64,000 nucleotides of DNA from contig NC_042999.1 in assembly GCF_006345805.1 (NCBI RefSeq), forward strand, positions 112,282,001-112,346,000. Direction: 5' to 3'. The position numbers were made by a program, and so were the translations under genes. Shown here piece after piece: positions 26,623 to 39,441 of the stretch; position 1 is the first letter of the stretch, and each line of letters begins with the position of its first letter. A model generated the notes under the pieces. The model worked only from the letters and a program-made list of their open reading frames with translations, was not told where the DNA came from and did not search any database. This DNA is from Octopus sinensis. Its lineage: Eukaryota.

Positions 26623-27646
26623 ACAACAAACGAGATGAGGACAAATATCCATCAAATGTAAATAATGTAAATAATGTACATAATTCCTCATCTCTTAAAT
26701 ATAGAACTGTATAGTCTTAAAAACATTTAAGCTTAGGATGGTGATGATCTAAACAATAGGTAGTGAATAGCAGAGTTATTAGAGCAGGAGATAGAGTGCT
26801 GTGTGGTATTTTTCCTGAGTCCCTACTCTCTGAGTTCAAATCCTACTGCAGTCAACATTGTATTTCATCCTTTCAATGTTGATAAAAATGTACCATTCCT
26901 AATAGGCAGATTGGTAGAATTGTAAGACTGTCAGGTCAGGTGCCTTGTGATGCTTGTTCCAGTTCTTTGTGTTCTGATTCCAAATTTCACCATGGTCTAC
27001 ATAGAAGGTAGACTTAATCCAACATGCAGTTTAACACCACTACCTAGAATCTTGAGTCCCTTTAGTGGAATCTACTCTGTTAAAAGTAGTCAGTTTGGGT
27101 CTCCAGTTTGAAGATACCCTTCTCCCTCTTTCCCTCCCACCAGTTTCTGAGGCACAGTAAAGTATCATAGACACTGCCTTCCGACATGACTATAAGATGA
27201 AATAATAACGAAAAAACATCTACAATATCAACTACATTGTGTTCACTGGACTTAGAAGTCCTGTAGAATCTATAACCATAGGCTTTCTATAGCCACTGAT
27301 TTTCTAAAGGCACTACTCTTCTATAGGCACTGACCTTCTTGAGTTTCATTTTTGTGTTTTTCCCCCTAATTGGAGATTGGGTTTGTATCCCATTGGAGAT
27401 ACATATTTTTAATGGTAGTACCCTAGCATAGCTGCAGCTCTCAGACTGAAACTAGTAAAAAAAGAAGAGCATACTACTGTTTTTGTACCATACAGCACAC
27501 TGGCCCACCCTTAACTATCATGTTCTAAGATTCCTTGGATTGTTTTTGGAATACACTAGATTATAAGAGGTTACTAATACCTTGATCAAAATAGCATTTC
27601 TTCAAGGAAGGTGATCTCTCCACAATCATCTCACAGTAATCCATAG

Positions 27647-27812
27647 CTAACTCTGAGGAAGCAAGTGAAAGAGCGAGAAAGAGACTGAGGAAAAAACAAA
27701 TCGATCTTTGTATGTCACTGGTAACTGACCATGCAAGAGGTTTACCTTGGAATAGATTTATTTCAGATGGATTTGAACCCAGAAAGCAAAGAACCCAAGT
27801 GATTTCCAGATG
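27647..27812 (+). CDS. Candidate 166-nt coding exon, phase 1-2 (NSEEASERARKRLRKKQIDLCMSLVTDHARGLPWNRFISDGFEPRKQRTQVISR)
   Basis: 54 open codons of protein-like composition in unique sequence, bounded by CATAG| and TG|GTAATT, with in-frame stops just outside both sites. Family not recognised. Confidence 0.35.
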
Positions 27813-28616
27813 GTAATTCTTCAACACTTCATGTTCTGGCTCAACAATACAGCACAGCCAATTCTGAGAGAAAGAAAGAAGTGTGGAGTTTGTGAAAGAA
27901 GATTCATCTGCTGTTCTTGATCAGTGCTTTATCTACCATGGAAAAATGAAAGGCACGGTTGATTTCAGCAGTATTTGAACTCAAAACACAAAGAACTGGG
28001 ATAATTTATCCTGTTCTGAGAATGGCAGAAAGAGAGAGAAGAATCAATTCCTAGAACTTCATTTAGCAACCCTTGAAAGATGAAGTGCAAAGCTGACCTC
28101 AGTGAGAAGTGAAACCAGAACATAAGTGCCTGAACAATTTACACAATGCATTTGTCCAATGCTCTAATAACTCAATCATTAAACTACCCTTTTCTAAGTT
28201 ATACTATGCGTTTAATACTGACATTCTAACTATTCTGGCAAAAGACTTCCTTGTATTTTATCATTTCACATTAAACATAAAGATATCCCTATGTGCACCT
28301 GTGTAAGAAATCTGTGTAGATCTACTATATGCATAATGGTTCCACAATAAATGTATTTTGTTTGTGAGTCATTCTAAAGTGTTCTAAGGAGTTTTCATAA
28401 GAATTTCAAGTAAGACAAAGTTTATAACATATTTCTTTTTTTTATACTGAACTAAAAATTGTTGTTTCATAGTCTTCCTCTTACAGCATGTGTGAGAATG
28501 TATGTGAGAGGGTGTTTGCATGTGTGTTTGTGTTTATGTATGTGCATACGTGTTCAGGTGTAGATATAGACATTAGATTGATATATATGTGTGTGTGTTC
28601 AGATGTAGATATAATC

Positions 28617-28693
<77 letters not shown>

Positions 28694-29095
28694 GTATGGG
28701 CTAAATATAAATATCAACAAAGATTCATCAGTATACATGTTTATGTATGTGTATCTATCTATATACATCACTCCTTGTATATGTTTAATTTACTGTTTAC
28801 AGAATAACATTACATATGTATGTGTATTTGAGTCTACACACACATATCTGTATGTATATGGTCACGCCACACAAACACTCATATACTGAAAGAAATCTCT
28901 CTCTCTCTCTCTCCCTCTCTCTCTCATACCCTCTTTCTCACTCAGTCATACGTACACATATATATGTAAAGCCATATATACTGTAATAATAATTACACCT
29001 AAATATATGTGTCTGTGTGTGTCTTTGTATGTGTAGTTGTGTGTGTGTGTGTATTTGTGTGTGTGTGTGTGTGTGTATTTGTGTGTGTGTGTGTG

Positions 29096-29151
<56 letters not shown>

Positions 29152-30434
29152 CTGTATGCATATTAATTTTTTTTTATTGCCCCTTTGTGTTTCACTTCCA
29201 TGTTTTCAGTAAGATAAGCAAAGAGATGTGAAAAGAAACTTCAATAAGTTCAGTGGTCAAGTGTAGAGTGTGAACCAGAGACTTAGCTGAGAGCAATTCC
29301 AACCCAGTTGTATATCCTGTCCAACTGTGAAATCCATCTTCAAACATTGAAGAAGGGACTCACTTTCTCACTCACTATAGTAAGAACTTTGAAAACTATA
29401 AGTAACTATAAGGGCAGTGGGAGACAAGAAGGGTCAGGAAGGAATGAGAAAATGGTAACAAAAACAAATACACAAATACAAATACAGAACAGCTATAAAA
29501 ATTTCAGCCTAATAAGAAAAAGTCACATAGGTGTTGACCAAAAGTGCTAAAGGCATATTGTGCTAAGTGTAATGTTTACTTCCTTGTCTTCATTTTCTTT
29601 TCTTTTCCACTTCATTTTTTTTTTTGTTTTTGATGTTTGTTTCTTCTATATTTTTATTTCTTTTTTTTTAACATACTAATTCTTTCAGATCTTGCAAAGT
29701 CTACTGCTTCTGTGGCGTGATTATATTTGTAAACTAGTTAGGATGGACTGTGTGATTTTCTGTGTTTATACACACACACACATACAAATATAATATGCAT
29801 ATACTTATATATGTATGTATATATATACACATGTATGTGTATGTTAGTTTCTCTGCATGTGTGTAGTTTACTGTCTTTTGCATGAATTGTTTTTGTAAAG
29901 TGAGCTGCTTGTCAGGATGTCAGTTTGCATAAGTGTACATGTGTGTAAATATTTGTGTGTATGTGTGTGTGTATATATATATATATATACATAGATATAT
30001 ACACAGACACATATATGTATATATACATACTTATATATATACACACACACAAGTATACATGTAACAAGCACACATATACACACAATCAGACACATGGCTC
30101 ACACACACTCATATTCTAGATCACCTCCTCCGATACACGTCTATGAGTGTATGTATATGTTTATGCATAATTTGTATTCTATAACATATCTCAGGTTTTA
30201 ACAGTCACCTAGTTAATAACATTGTGCGTGAGTGTGTATGTGTGTGTGTGTGCATGTGTGTGTGCATGTGTGTGTGTACACGTGTGTCTATTGCTTTGTG
30301 TATTTTTTTGCTTGCATAAACACATTTTCTCAATTAAGAAGAGAATACTAGTTAGTATACCATACTTTGCAATGCCATCAATCATGCTACAGTCAACTAT
30401 CTCTACTACTACTACCACCACCACCATCAATAAT

Positions 30435-30600
30435 AATAAAAATTCTTTCTAATATGGGCACAAGGCCTGAAATTTTGGTGGTAGGTAGGTAGGGCTAGAC
30501 AATTTCATCAACTCCAGTACTTGACTGGTACTTATTTAATTGAGCCCATAAGGATGAATGGCAAAGTCAACCTTGACAGAATTCAAACTCAGCACCTAAA
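30435..30600 (-). mobile_element. SINE family B, 3' part
   Basis: GGCACAAGGCCTGAAATTTT...CTGGTACTTATTTAATTGAGCCCATAAGGATGAATGGCAAAGTCAACC. Confidence 0.7.
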
Positions 30601-30611
30601 GAGCCAGTAAA

Positions 30612-30895
30612 CATTATCATCATCATTTAACATCCTCCTTTCATGCTGGCATGGATTGGATGGTTTGACTGGATCTGGTTTAGCAGAAGTCTGTGCCATA
30701 CTTCTGTGTCTCTTTTGGCACAGTTCTTATGGATGGATGCCCTTCCTAACCACCCCACAGAGAGGGCTGAGTGCTTTTCACATGGTACCAGCACAGCTGA
30801 GGTCAGTTTTGGCATGATTTTTACAGCTGATGCCCTTCCAAATACCAACCACTTTATAGTCTGGACTTGATGCTTTATAAGTGGCACCTGCAAGA
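30612..30895 (-). mobile_element. RTE LINE 3' tail fragment
   Basis: (CAT)n-TTTAACATCC...CATGCTGGCATGGATTGGATGG...GGATGCCCTTCCTAACCACCC. Confidence 0.7.
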
Positions 30896-31054
30896 CAAGG
30901 AATCTTTGAGAGGGGAGGAGCCATTGGAGGAGGTGATCTAATGTCAGATGATGAATGGTTAGAGTGTGACAGAGAGACAGAAACAGATGTCTTGCTGTAG
31001 AGGAGGTACATGGTTACCCAGCCAGAGAGAGAGAACAACAACAACAATATAAAT

Positions 31055-31262
31055 AATCCTTTCTACTAAAGGCACAAGGCCTGAAATTTTGGGGGAGAGG
31101 ACTAGTCGATTGCATTGACCCCAGTGCTTCACTGGTACTTAATTTATCGATCCCAAAAAGATGAAAGGCAAAGATGACCTCAGCAGAATTTGAACTCAGA
31201 ACATAGTACTGGTAAGCATTTCATCTAATGTGCTAATGATTCTGCCAGCTCACCACCTTAAA
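31055..31262 (-). mobile_element. SINE family B
   Basis: Reverse complement of the 35885 copy, ending CTGCCAGCTCACCACCTTA. Confidence 0.8.
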
Positions 31263-31290
31263 TAATAATAAAAATAATAATAATAATAAT

Positions 31291-31336
<46 letters not shown>

Positions 31337-31480
31337 TAATAATAATAATAATAATGATAATAACTAGGAAGTGGAGGAGATAGGGATATTTTTTATGAGC
31401 CACAAGGGCTTATGGACAAAATAACAAAAATAGCATTGGTTAAAAAGCTAAGACCAACAATAACAATAAAGATATATCAA

Positions 31481-31515
<35 letters not shown>

Positions 31516-31839
31516 GATAAGCAGCAATCCAAACACAAGCACATGGTCAAGAGTTTAAACAGATGTGGAGTTGATTGCATGGACTCAGTTATTTCACTGG
31601 TACTTTATTTTATTGATCCCAGAAAAAAGATGGCAAAATGGATTTTGGCAGGATTTGAACTTAGAATTTAAAGAGGAGCAACAAATTCTGCTAGGCATTT
31701 CATTCAATTTTCTAATAATTCTGTCAAATAATAACTGGAAAGAGTTACATGCTGTACACAAATGCACCAGAGGAATTGACATGAAATTTGGTTTAGTAAA
31801 ATTTGCTAGAACAACTTTAAAGAAAAGAAAATAATGACT

Positions 31840-32030
31840 TCAATTTTTGCCACAAAGCAAGCAATTTCAAAGGTAGCAGTAAATCAAGTTTATTGACCCT
31901 GATGCTCAGCTGGTACTTATCTTACTGAACTCAAAAGGGATGAAAGGTGAAGTTGGCCTAGGCAGAATTTGAGCACAGAATGTAAAGATGAATGAAATGC
32001 TGCTAATTATTTTACCCATTGTGCTACCTT
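31840..32030 (-). mobile_element. SINE family B, decayed
   Basis: CAGCTGGTACTTATC...GGGATGAAAGGTGAAGTTGGCCTAGGCAGAATTTGAGCACAGAATGTAA. Confidence 0.6.
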
Positions 32031-33759
32031 AAACTTAATTAAGAATAAAACTATTGATTATGTGTTAAATAAAGAAACAAGAAAAGTAATGTAGCAGAAC
32101 AGATTGAAGATTTAATGGACAAGTAAAAAGATAATGCATGTAAAGTTTAAAAAGAAATATTATAGACAAAACTAAACACTAAAATAAGGCAATAGGTATC
32201 AACACTTCAGCTAATCCAATAAAGAAGAGAATTATTCCGCCACCCATCCAGTCCTTGAGAATTTTCTCTGTTGTAAGCATTTGTGACAGGCTTCTGGTGT
32301 CAGCACAATTTCTTCTCCTTCTCTTGTCGGTCTTAGTGTCTCTGAAAGATAGTGGATTATAGGCACAGCTCTTTCCCCTTAGACTAAGCTATAAATAAAG
32401 ATATAGCTTTAATATTCCTAACTGGGAACTAAGTGAATTAGTAATGCTAAGCAAACAAACAAGAAAAATAATGAACACATTTAGGATACTCTGCCAAACA
32501 CAGAAATATTATATGTACCCTGAATACAAAAAAGCAGGAGCCATCTGAAAGAACATTGTTATAAAAAATATCAAGTAAAGAAGAGAAAAACTTATACAAA
32601 TAGTTATAAAACATGAAAATATAGAAAAATTGTTTCCAGTTCTCAATAAAGTAAACAAATATAAGCCGTATTAGGGAAGGACAACTGTGAGGAGGACTCT
32701 TAAATATCTGAAAACTGAACTGAAAATAGAATTGCCTGGAGTGAAGCTAAGACATTATAAAGCTTTGACATGACCAGTATTTGGTGATACAGAATGAAAC
32801 GAAAATGGATAAACAACAGCAAAATATGGAAAAGTGGGAAAGAAATAATTAATATTATTTCTTGGTGTCCAATTTTAACCATTGACAAAACTTCAGCAGG
32901 CTTGACCGAATGAAGGTGTCATACACTGGATATTATGCTAGCATTATGAAATAATAACTGAAAGAAGAGGTAAAAACATACATCAGAAAAAGTGAGAATG
33001 ACAAGGTAACTTTATTCTGGAATGGGCTAATTTGCATAGACAAGAACATCAACAGTAATCAGTTAAATATTGTTAAGACCTATCAAGATCATGAAACAGA
33101 TATAATCAGAATGTTGCAACTGGAAACAAAAATAATTCCTATAATAGGAATATAGAAATTGACTTAATTTAAAATGAAAATACATATATCGCATGTTTAA
33201 ACATGGAGTAGTAATGGGATTATGTACAATTTCTCTGAAAAGCACAGGTTATAGCAATTAATTGAAAACATCAACAAGGTTTATAATCTTTTTCTTGGAT
33301 ATTCTGGGGTTAAAACTCTGTATTTCATAATTTCAAGTTGCTTCCTTTTGTACATAGTTCATTCATGTGTTTTTTAATTGAGACTTTTGATCTGTGAGTC
33401 ACTTTCACATTGTTCCTTTTGAATTCCTACTGGTGGAATTTTTGACTGTGCAGATCATATTTTCTGATTATTTACCTGAAATTGACTCAAACACTATTTA
33501 AATTATCATTAGTTCTTTTCCCCATCCACTATGCAGAACAGACCAATTGAACAAAGCATTGATTCAGTTATGTAATTTTCTTTACCTTCCACATGTGGTC
33601 AACAACATATCAAACTGTACAGACTTCTAGCACATGAAAGTATTGAGTACTTTTAATAATTGATTACAATAGCAATACACACACTGTGTGTGCATGTTAT
33701 TTTTAGCAAAAAGATGTTCCTCAAATGCAATAATATATAGTCTTATATATATTACACAC

Positions 33760-33868
<109 letters not shown>

Positions 33869-33888
33869 GATAGACAGACAAATAGATA

Positions 33889-33939
<51 letters not shown>

Positions 33940-34884
33940 CAAATTTACATACATGTACATGTATACTACACATGCACACATAAATACACAGATACACACG
34001 CACTCACACACATGCACACACACACACACACTCAAGAATCTATGTAATACTTGATTATAAACAATACATCATATACATTACATCTTTCTTCCTTGACATT
34101 AATATTCAGTTTTTCAAAAACTGTAATGTATTTTTAGGGTTTCTTGTGTTAAATTAAAATGATAATTTTGAAGATTATATTTTGTTCGATATATTTGCAT
34201 TAACTTTAGCTCAATTTTGTGAATATTTTTACATTTTTATATTCCTTTTCTTTTCTTTTTTGTGAAACAAATAATTACATGAATAAAATACAGGATTAAA
34301 CTCCAGTAACTGAAAGCTATATGATTAAACCAAAAGTAGGTATAGGATCAGCAAATATCTCAAATATAATTATAATATAGACTGGGAGTTCACTGATTCT
34401 CAATTCCCAATCCACTTCTATCTATATGATAGTCCTTGAAACAATCATGAAAGTATTTAATGGCAGAACGATGTAAAAGAAGGTTCAGTCCTGGAATGCA
34501 ATTCAACTCAATTTTATTTTTATATTCTGTTATTCATTTATTGGTTTTAGTCACATCTTGGACTGTAGTCATGCTGGAGCACCACCTTTAAAAATATTTT
34601 AGCCAGTTATGACATTCCAAATATGCTGTTAAATATTTAGTGTTGTATTTATTTTGTAAGAAAAGAAAGACAGGTTGTGTTTGGTATAAAAAGAGATGTA
34701 AGTTGGTTGTAATTAAACACGAGATGTTTTTTACTCATTATACTATCAATACACACAGAAACATATATATGCATGTGTGTGTATGTGTGTGGGTGTATAT
34801 ATATGTTTGTATGTATGTGTGTCTATGTGTATATGAATATGTATATATACATAAATACACACACACACATACATATCATAAACA

Positions 34885-35186
34885 TTATCTTCTTTTAACA
34901 ACCATTGCCCATGCTGGCATTGGTTGGACAGTGTGACCAGGAATGGTAAGCTGAGGGGCTGCACCAGACTCCAACCTGATTTGGCATGGTTTCTATGGTT
35001 AGATCCCCTTCCTCATGCCAACAACTCCAAGAGTGTAATGGGTGCTATTACATACCACCGGCACAGGTGCCAGTTACGTGACACCAGTATCTTCCATGAC
35101 TATGATTTCACTTGGCTTGTTGGGTCTGGGTCTTCCAAGCACAGCATAAGGTGTCACTCATTTGTCATTGCCTCCGTGAGGCCCAA
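34885..35186 (-). mobile_element. RTE LINE 3' end (ORF terminus plus UTR)
   Basis: Contains the reverse complement of LGLTEAM..NE*HLMLCLEDPDPTSQVKS, matching 24150-24245, plus the tail. Confidence 0.8.
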
Positions 35187-35213
35187 TATATATATAAATG
35201 TATATATATGTAT

Positions 35214-35249
<36 letters not shown>

Positions 35250-35255
35250 GTGTAT

Positions 35256-35500
35256 GAGAGACCTGCATGGTGTGGATGTAGGTGTTTTCAAAACAAAACT
35301 GGATTTCCTCCTGTCAAGGATTCCAAATGAGCCTACCTCACAGCAGGAAACACAGATGAGGGCAGCAACATCAAACTCCTTTATTCACCAAATGCCACAT
35401 ATCAGAAGAGTTTCAAATAATAGTGTAACACAGCCAACCGTGGTGCCCCAGTATGACCACAGCTTTAAAACTGAAAAAATTTAAAGAATTAAAGAATATA
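35256..35500 (+). mobile_element. CR1-group LINE, short 3' fragment
   Basis: RDLHGVDVGVFKTKLDFLLSRIPNEPTSQQETQMRAATSNSFIHQ matches RDLHGVDTDVFKMKLDLFLSGVPDEPTSRQEGQMRAAASNSLMHQ at 59560-59700. Confidence 0.85.
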
Positions 35501-35884
35501 TATTCATATATACATACATACAGATATATATTTGTATGCATGTATGTAAATATGTGTGTTTATATAAATATGCATAAGCACATGTGTACATCTGTGTGCA
35601 TATCTACCCATGCCTCAGGCCAACCTCTTCCTCCAGTCATTCTAGTATACCTTGTCCATTTAATTCAGATATCTTTGTTTCTTTCTCTCCATATGTTTTC
35701 TCTCCTCATCTTTCTTTTCTATAGAAGAGAATAGACTCAAAACGTTGAAGATTTCTTCTATTTACCTGGACACAAACCTTATACACCTTGCTTGTTATTC
35801 TTTTAACTCATTTTTGTAGCTATTTTCTTTTCACCAGATAGATAGGTAGTTAGATGGGAAGGTAGATAGGTAGATAGATGGACA

Positions 35885-36100
35885 AAGCGGCGAGCTGGCA
35901 GAAACGTTGGCACGCTGGGCAAAATGCTTAACGGTATTCTGTCTATTCAAATTCTGCTGAGGTTGACTTTGCCTTTCATCCTTTCGGGGTCGATAAATTA
36001 AGTACCAGTTACGCACTGGGGTCGATGTAATCGACTTAATCCCTTTGTGTGTCCTTGTTTGTCCCCTCTATGTTTAGCCCCTTGTGGGAAATAAAGAAAA
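35885..36100 (+). mobile_element. tRNA-derived SINE family B, best-preserved copy
   Basis: AAGCGGCGAGCTGGCAGAAACGTTGGCACGCTGGGC...GACTTTGCCTTTCATCCTTTCGGGGTCGATAAATTAAGTACCAG...CCCCTTGTGGGAAATAAAGAAA. Confidence 0.85.
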
Positions 36101-36652
36101 AAGATAGATGGACAAACAGAGGGACAGAAGAATAGATGGATGGCTGGCTGGGTGACTGGCTGGGTGGCTGGCTGGGTGGCTGGCTGGGTGGCTGGCTGGG
36201 TGGCTGGCTACTGGCTGGCTGGCTGGATGGATGGATGGATGGATGGATGGTTGGTTGAATAAATAGAGATGTAGCTACTAACTTGCTACATACATCAATC
36301 AATCAGTAGATAGATAGAAAGATAGATATAGAGATAGATAGATAGATAGACAGAGAGAGAGAGAGAGAGAGATTGATAGATAGGTAGATAGATAGATAGA
36401 TAGAGGGGGAGAAAAAGGGAGAAATTCACTCACACATATACTTTCTACAGAAACTCAAACACAAGTAAATAAATATAGAAAATAATAATCCATACTGATA
36501 TGCATATTCTTATAAATATATGATGAGATACTTATATATATGTACATGTTTAATGATTGATAAACATACATACATATAATTATATATGTATATATATATA
36601 TGTGTGTGTGTATGTATATATGTGCATGTGTGTATGTGTGTACACATATATA

Positions 36653-36738
<86 letters not shown>

Positions 36739-37064
36739 CATAATATGTGCATATATATACATAGCCTATATAATCTCTTAGGATACCATCATCAATAAGT
36801 GCTTTATATTTTTCTTGTCATTTTTAACCATTATCTTTCTTTAACATTCTTTTACCAGAGTTGAAGCATTTTTCAATGCACTCACCTACTTATTATTCGC
36901 TCCCTCCCTTGCCCTCTTTCTTCCTCTCTCTTTCTAAGCTTCTTTCACTCACTCTCTCTCTCTCTTTCTCTGAATAGAAGAATTCTGATTAGAGAAAAAT
37001 TCTCAAAGGACACATGTGCAAATCAAGTAATAGCCCTTTGTAATATTTCAAGAGTAAGTCAAAG

Positions 37065-37135
37065 TCTCCGTAGTTCAATGATTAGCATGCTTACCTGATC
37101 AGCAGGAAATTCATAGTTCGATTCCCTTTGGGGAG
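37065..37135 (+). pseudogene. Decayed tRNA-like sequence (resembles tRNA-Asp by eye)
   Basis: TCTCCGTAGTTCAATGATTAGC...CCTGATCAGCAGG...GTTCGATTCCCTTTGGGGAG: B-box and acceptor-stem ends present, anticodon arm disrupted. Confidence 0.4.
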
Positions 37136-37179
37136 TTTCTCATAAATTTTAAGAGAGGGCCATGACATTCAGTCATATA

Positions 37180-37211
37180 TATATATATACACACATATCC
37201 ATTTGTATGTG

Positions 37212-37302
<91 letters not shown>

Positions 37303-37490
37303 TTATATATTAATATGTGATTCAAGGGTCCAGAGTTTTGTGCATTGGTGCTTATCAGTGTACGAAACTTTTGACTCCTGAGTCACTCTGCTACTGCTAT
37401 CAATTATTAATGAAAAGCATATATATACACTCATGTTTTGAGTTCTACTTTTCCTGCTTGCATCACCATACCTACATATATATAAACATG

Positions 37491-37542
<52 letters not shown>

Positions 37543-37622
37543 CATATATATATACATATATATATACATATATATATATACATATATATATACACACACA
37601 CATATATATATATATATATATG

Positions 37623-37666
<44 letters not shown>

Positions 37667-37728
37667 CATAGATATATATATATATACATATATATATGCC
37701 TATATATACATATACACACACACATGCA

Positions 37729-37774
<46 letters not shown>

Positions 37775-37840
37775 TACACACATGCATATTTATGTGTATG
37801 TGTACATATTTATAAGTATGTATATATGCGTATATGTGTA
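37180..37840. repeat. Long (TA)n/(CA)n microsatellites
   Basis: Direct inspection; interrupted by about 180 bp of non-repetitive sequence. Confidence 0.95.
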
Positions 37841-37887
37841 TAAATAAAATATTGCTTTTAATTTCATTTTCTTATGTTCATTTGCAG

Positions 37888-37904
37888 TCCAAATGATACA
37901 GAAG
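37888..37904 (+). CDS. Candidate 17-nt micro-exon, phase 2-1 (PNDTE)
   Basis: Acceptor TTCTTATGTTCATTTGCAG and donor AAG|GTGAAC; phase-compatible with the 27647-27812 candidate. Confidence 0.2.
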
Positions 37905-38059
37905 GTGAACTTTGCTTTTTTCTCATTCTTCAACTAAAATAATACCATTATTTGTCATTATTCTTGTTACATAACCCAAGATTTACTTTGATTGAGCACA
38001 CTCATGAGATGCCCATGTTAATTTATTATTATTATTGTTATTATTATTATTATTATTGT

Positions 38060-38490
38060 TATCTTTTTTTCTTCTTCTTTCAAATTTGCTTCCATTTCTT
38101 GCCAAGTGTCTTCCCGACTCCTAGGGCAAAGAAACTCATATTATACATTGGTAGGCCATTACACTAAACTCACTAGTTCGTTCATTTTTTTTTTTAAAGT
38201 TAAATTAAAATACATGGGTAGTAATAGTTCTCACATCGACAATGCTCTTCTCAATACGTGTGATGTACCAGTTAAGACAATCTTTTGCACTTCTTGCAGA
38301 GATGGTAAGCCAGGGATCATTCTCATATAATTTTCGGTTCCCTTCCTGATCATTCCTAGTGCTCCTACGATCAGTGGTATTGTAACCACCTTGAGATGCC
38401 ACATTTTCTCAATTTCAATGAGCAGGTCTTTATATTTTCTGAGCTTGTCAAACTCTTTCACCAAGATATTATGATCACAGGGGATGCTCA
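38060..38490 (-). mobile_element. 5'-truncated R4/Dong-type LINE, lineage 2
   Basis: SIPCDHNILVKEFDKLRKYKDLLIEIEKMWHLKVVTIPLIVGALGMIRKG...HVLRRALSM* (stop at 38231), 3' UTR, (TAA)n on both sides. Confidence 0.85.
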
Positions 38491-38508
38491 TTATTATTAT
38501 TATTATTA

Positions 38509-38541
<33 letters not shown>

Positions 38542-38554
38542 TATTATCATTATT

Positions 38555-38587
<33 letters not shown>

Positions 38588-38699
38588 TTTATTACTCGTT
38601 CTTTGATATTGTCCACCATGTCTTGGGCCCTTGTTGCCAATGAAAGAAACCTTTGTTATTATTATTATTATTATCATCATCATTTTCATTTAATCTGCA

Positions 38700-39380
38700 A
38701 GTTTGTTACAATAATTTGCTAAGACACACCCAGCATCCTAGGGAAAGTGAAGGATAAGAGATGTTACAGTATACGTGAGAGTTTGGGGTGAGGAAGTGGC
38801 AGGGGCAGTAGCAAAATATATGCATGTAATACAACACGGACATTTAAACTGATAGGGTTTTTCTAAGTATGTGGGCAGTACTTGTCAGCACAATCTTATG
38901 GATTTCTCTAAAACATGGTTCTCCTGGGATATTATCTAGATGTTTCTGACATCCCTTTCTTATTATACTTAGAGCACACACAATAACAGGAACAGTTCTC
39001 ACTTTAAGATGCCACATCTTTTGTATTTCAATTTCCAGGTCTTTATATCTGCTTAATTTGTCAAATTCTTTTAGAAATATATTTTTATCAGTGGGAACGC
39101 TTACATCTATTAGTTTACAACTATATTCTTCCCTGTCCTTAATAACTATGTCTGGTTGATTATCCTGGATCGGTCTGTCAGTGTTGACTGGAAAATCCCA
39201 GAGGATAGTGACATTTTTACCTTCAACTATTGTCTCAGGATGATGTTAATACCAGTAAGCAGGAGTGCTGATTTTGTAGTGTTAACATGGTTTTCAATAT
39301 AAATACTGCCCTACCCTGTTGTAGTGATTTTTGTATTCATCTGGTGTCAGCCCAGGTCATCCTGTGATGAGATGAGATGC
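38700..39380 (-). mobile_element. 5'-truncated R4/Dong-type LINE, lineage 3
   Basis: VTILWDFPVNTDRPIQDNQPDIVIKDREEYSCKLIDVSVPTDKNIFLKEFDKLSRYKDLEIEIQKMWHLKV...AHILRKTLSV* (stop at about 38844). Confidence 0.85.
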
Positions 39381-39441
39381 TCTACTATTATTATCATTAT
39401 AATTCTTATTATAATTCTTGTTAGTATTATTATTATTATTA

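Larger units (their letters stand above)
26116..26710. mobile_element. Inverted dimer of a tRNA-headed, hammerhead-bearing non-autonomous element, flanked by a 17-bp TSD
   Basis: Arms 26116-26410 (minus) and 26406-26710 (plus) are reverse complements meeting at GCATATG. Direct repeat ATAGTC(C/T)TAAAAACATT at 26099-26115 and 26711-26727. Confidence 0.8.

Noticed and set aside
32244-32341. Minus-strand exon candidate with a strong acceptor (TATCTTTCAG)
   Set aside because: Weak donor, two open frames and no homology; cannot choose a frame.
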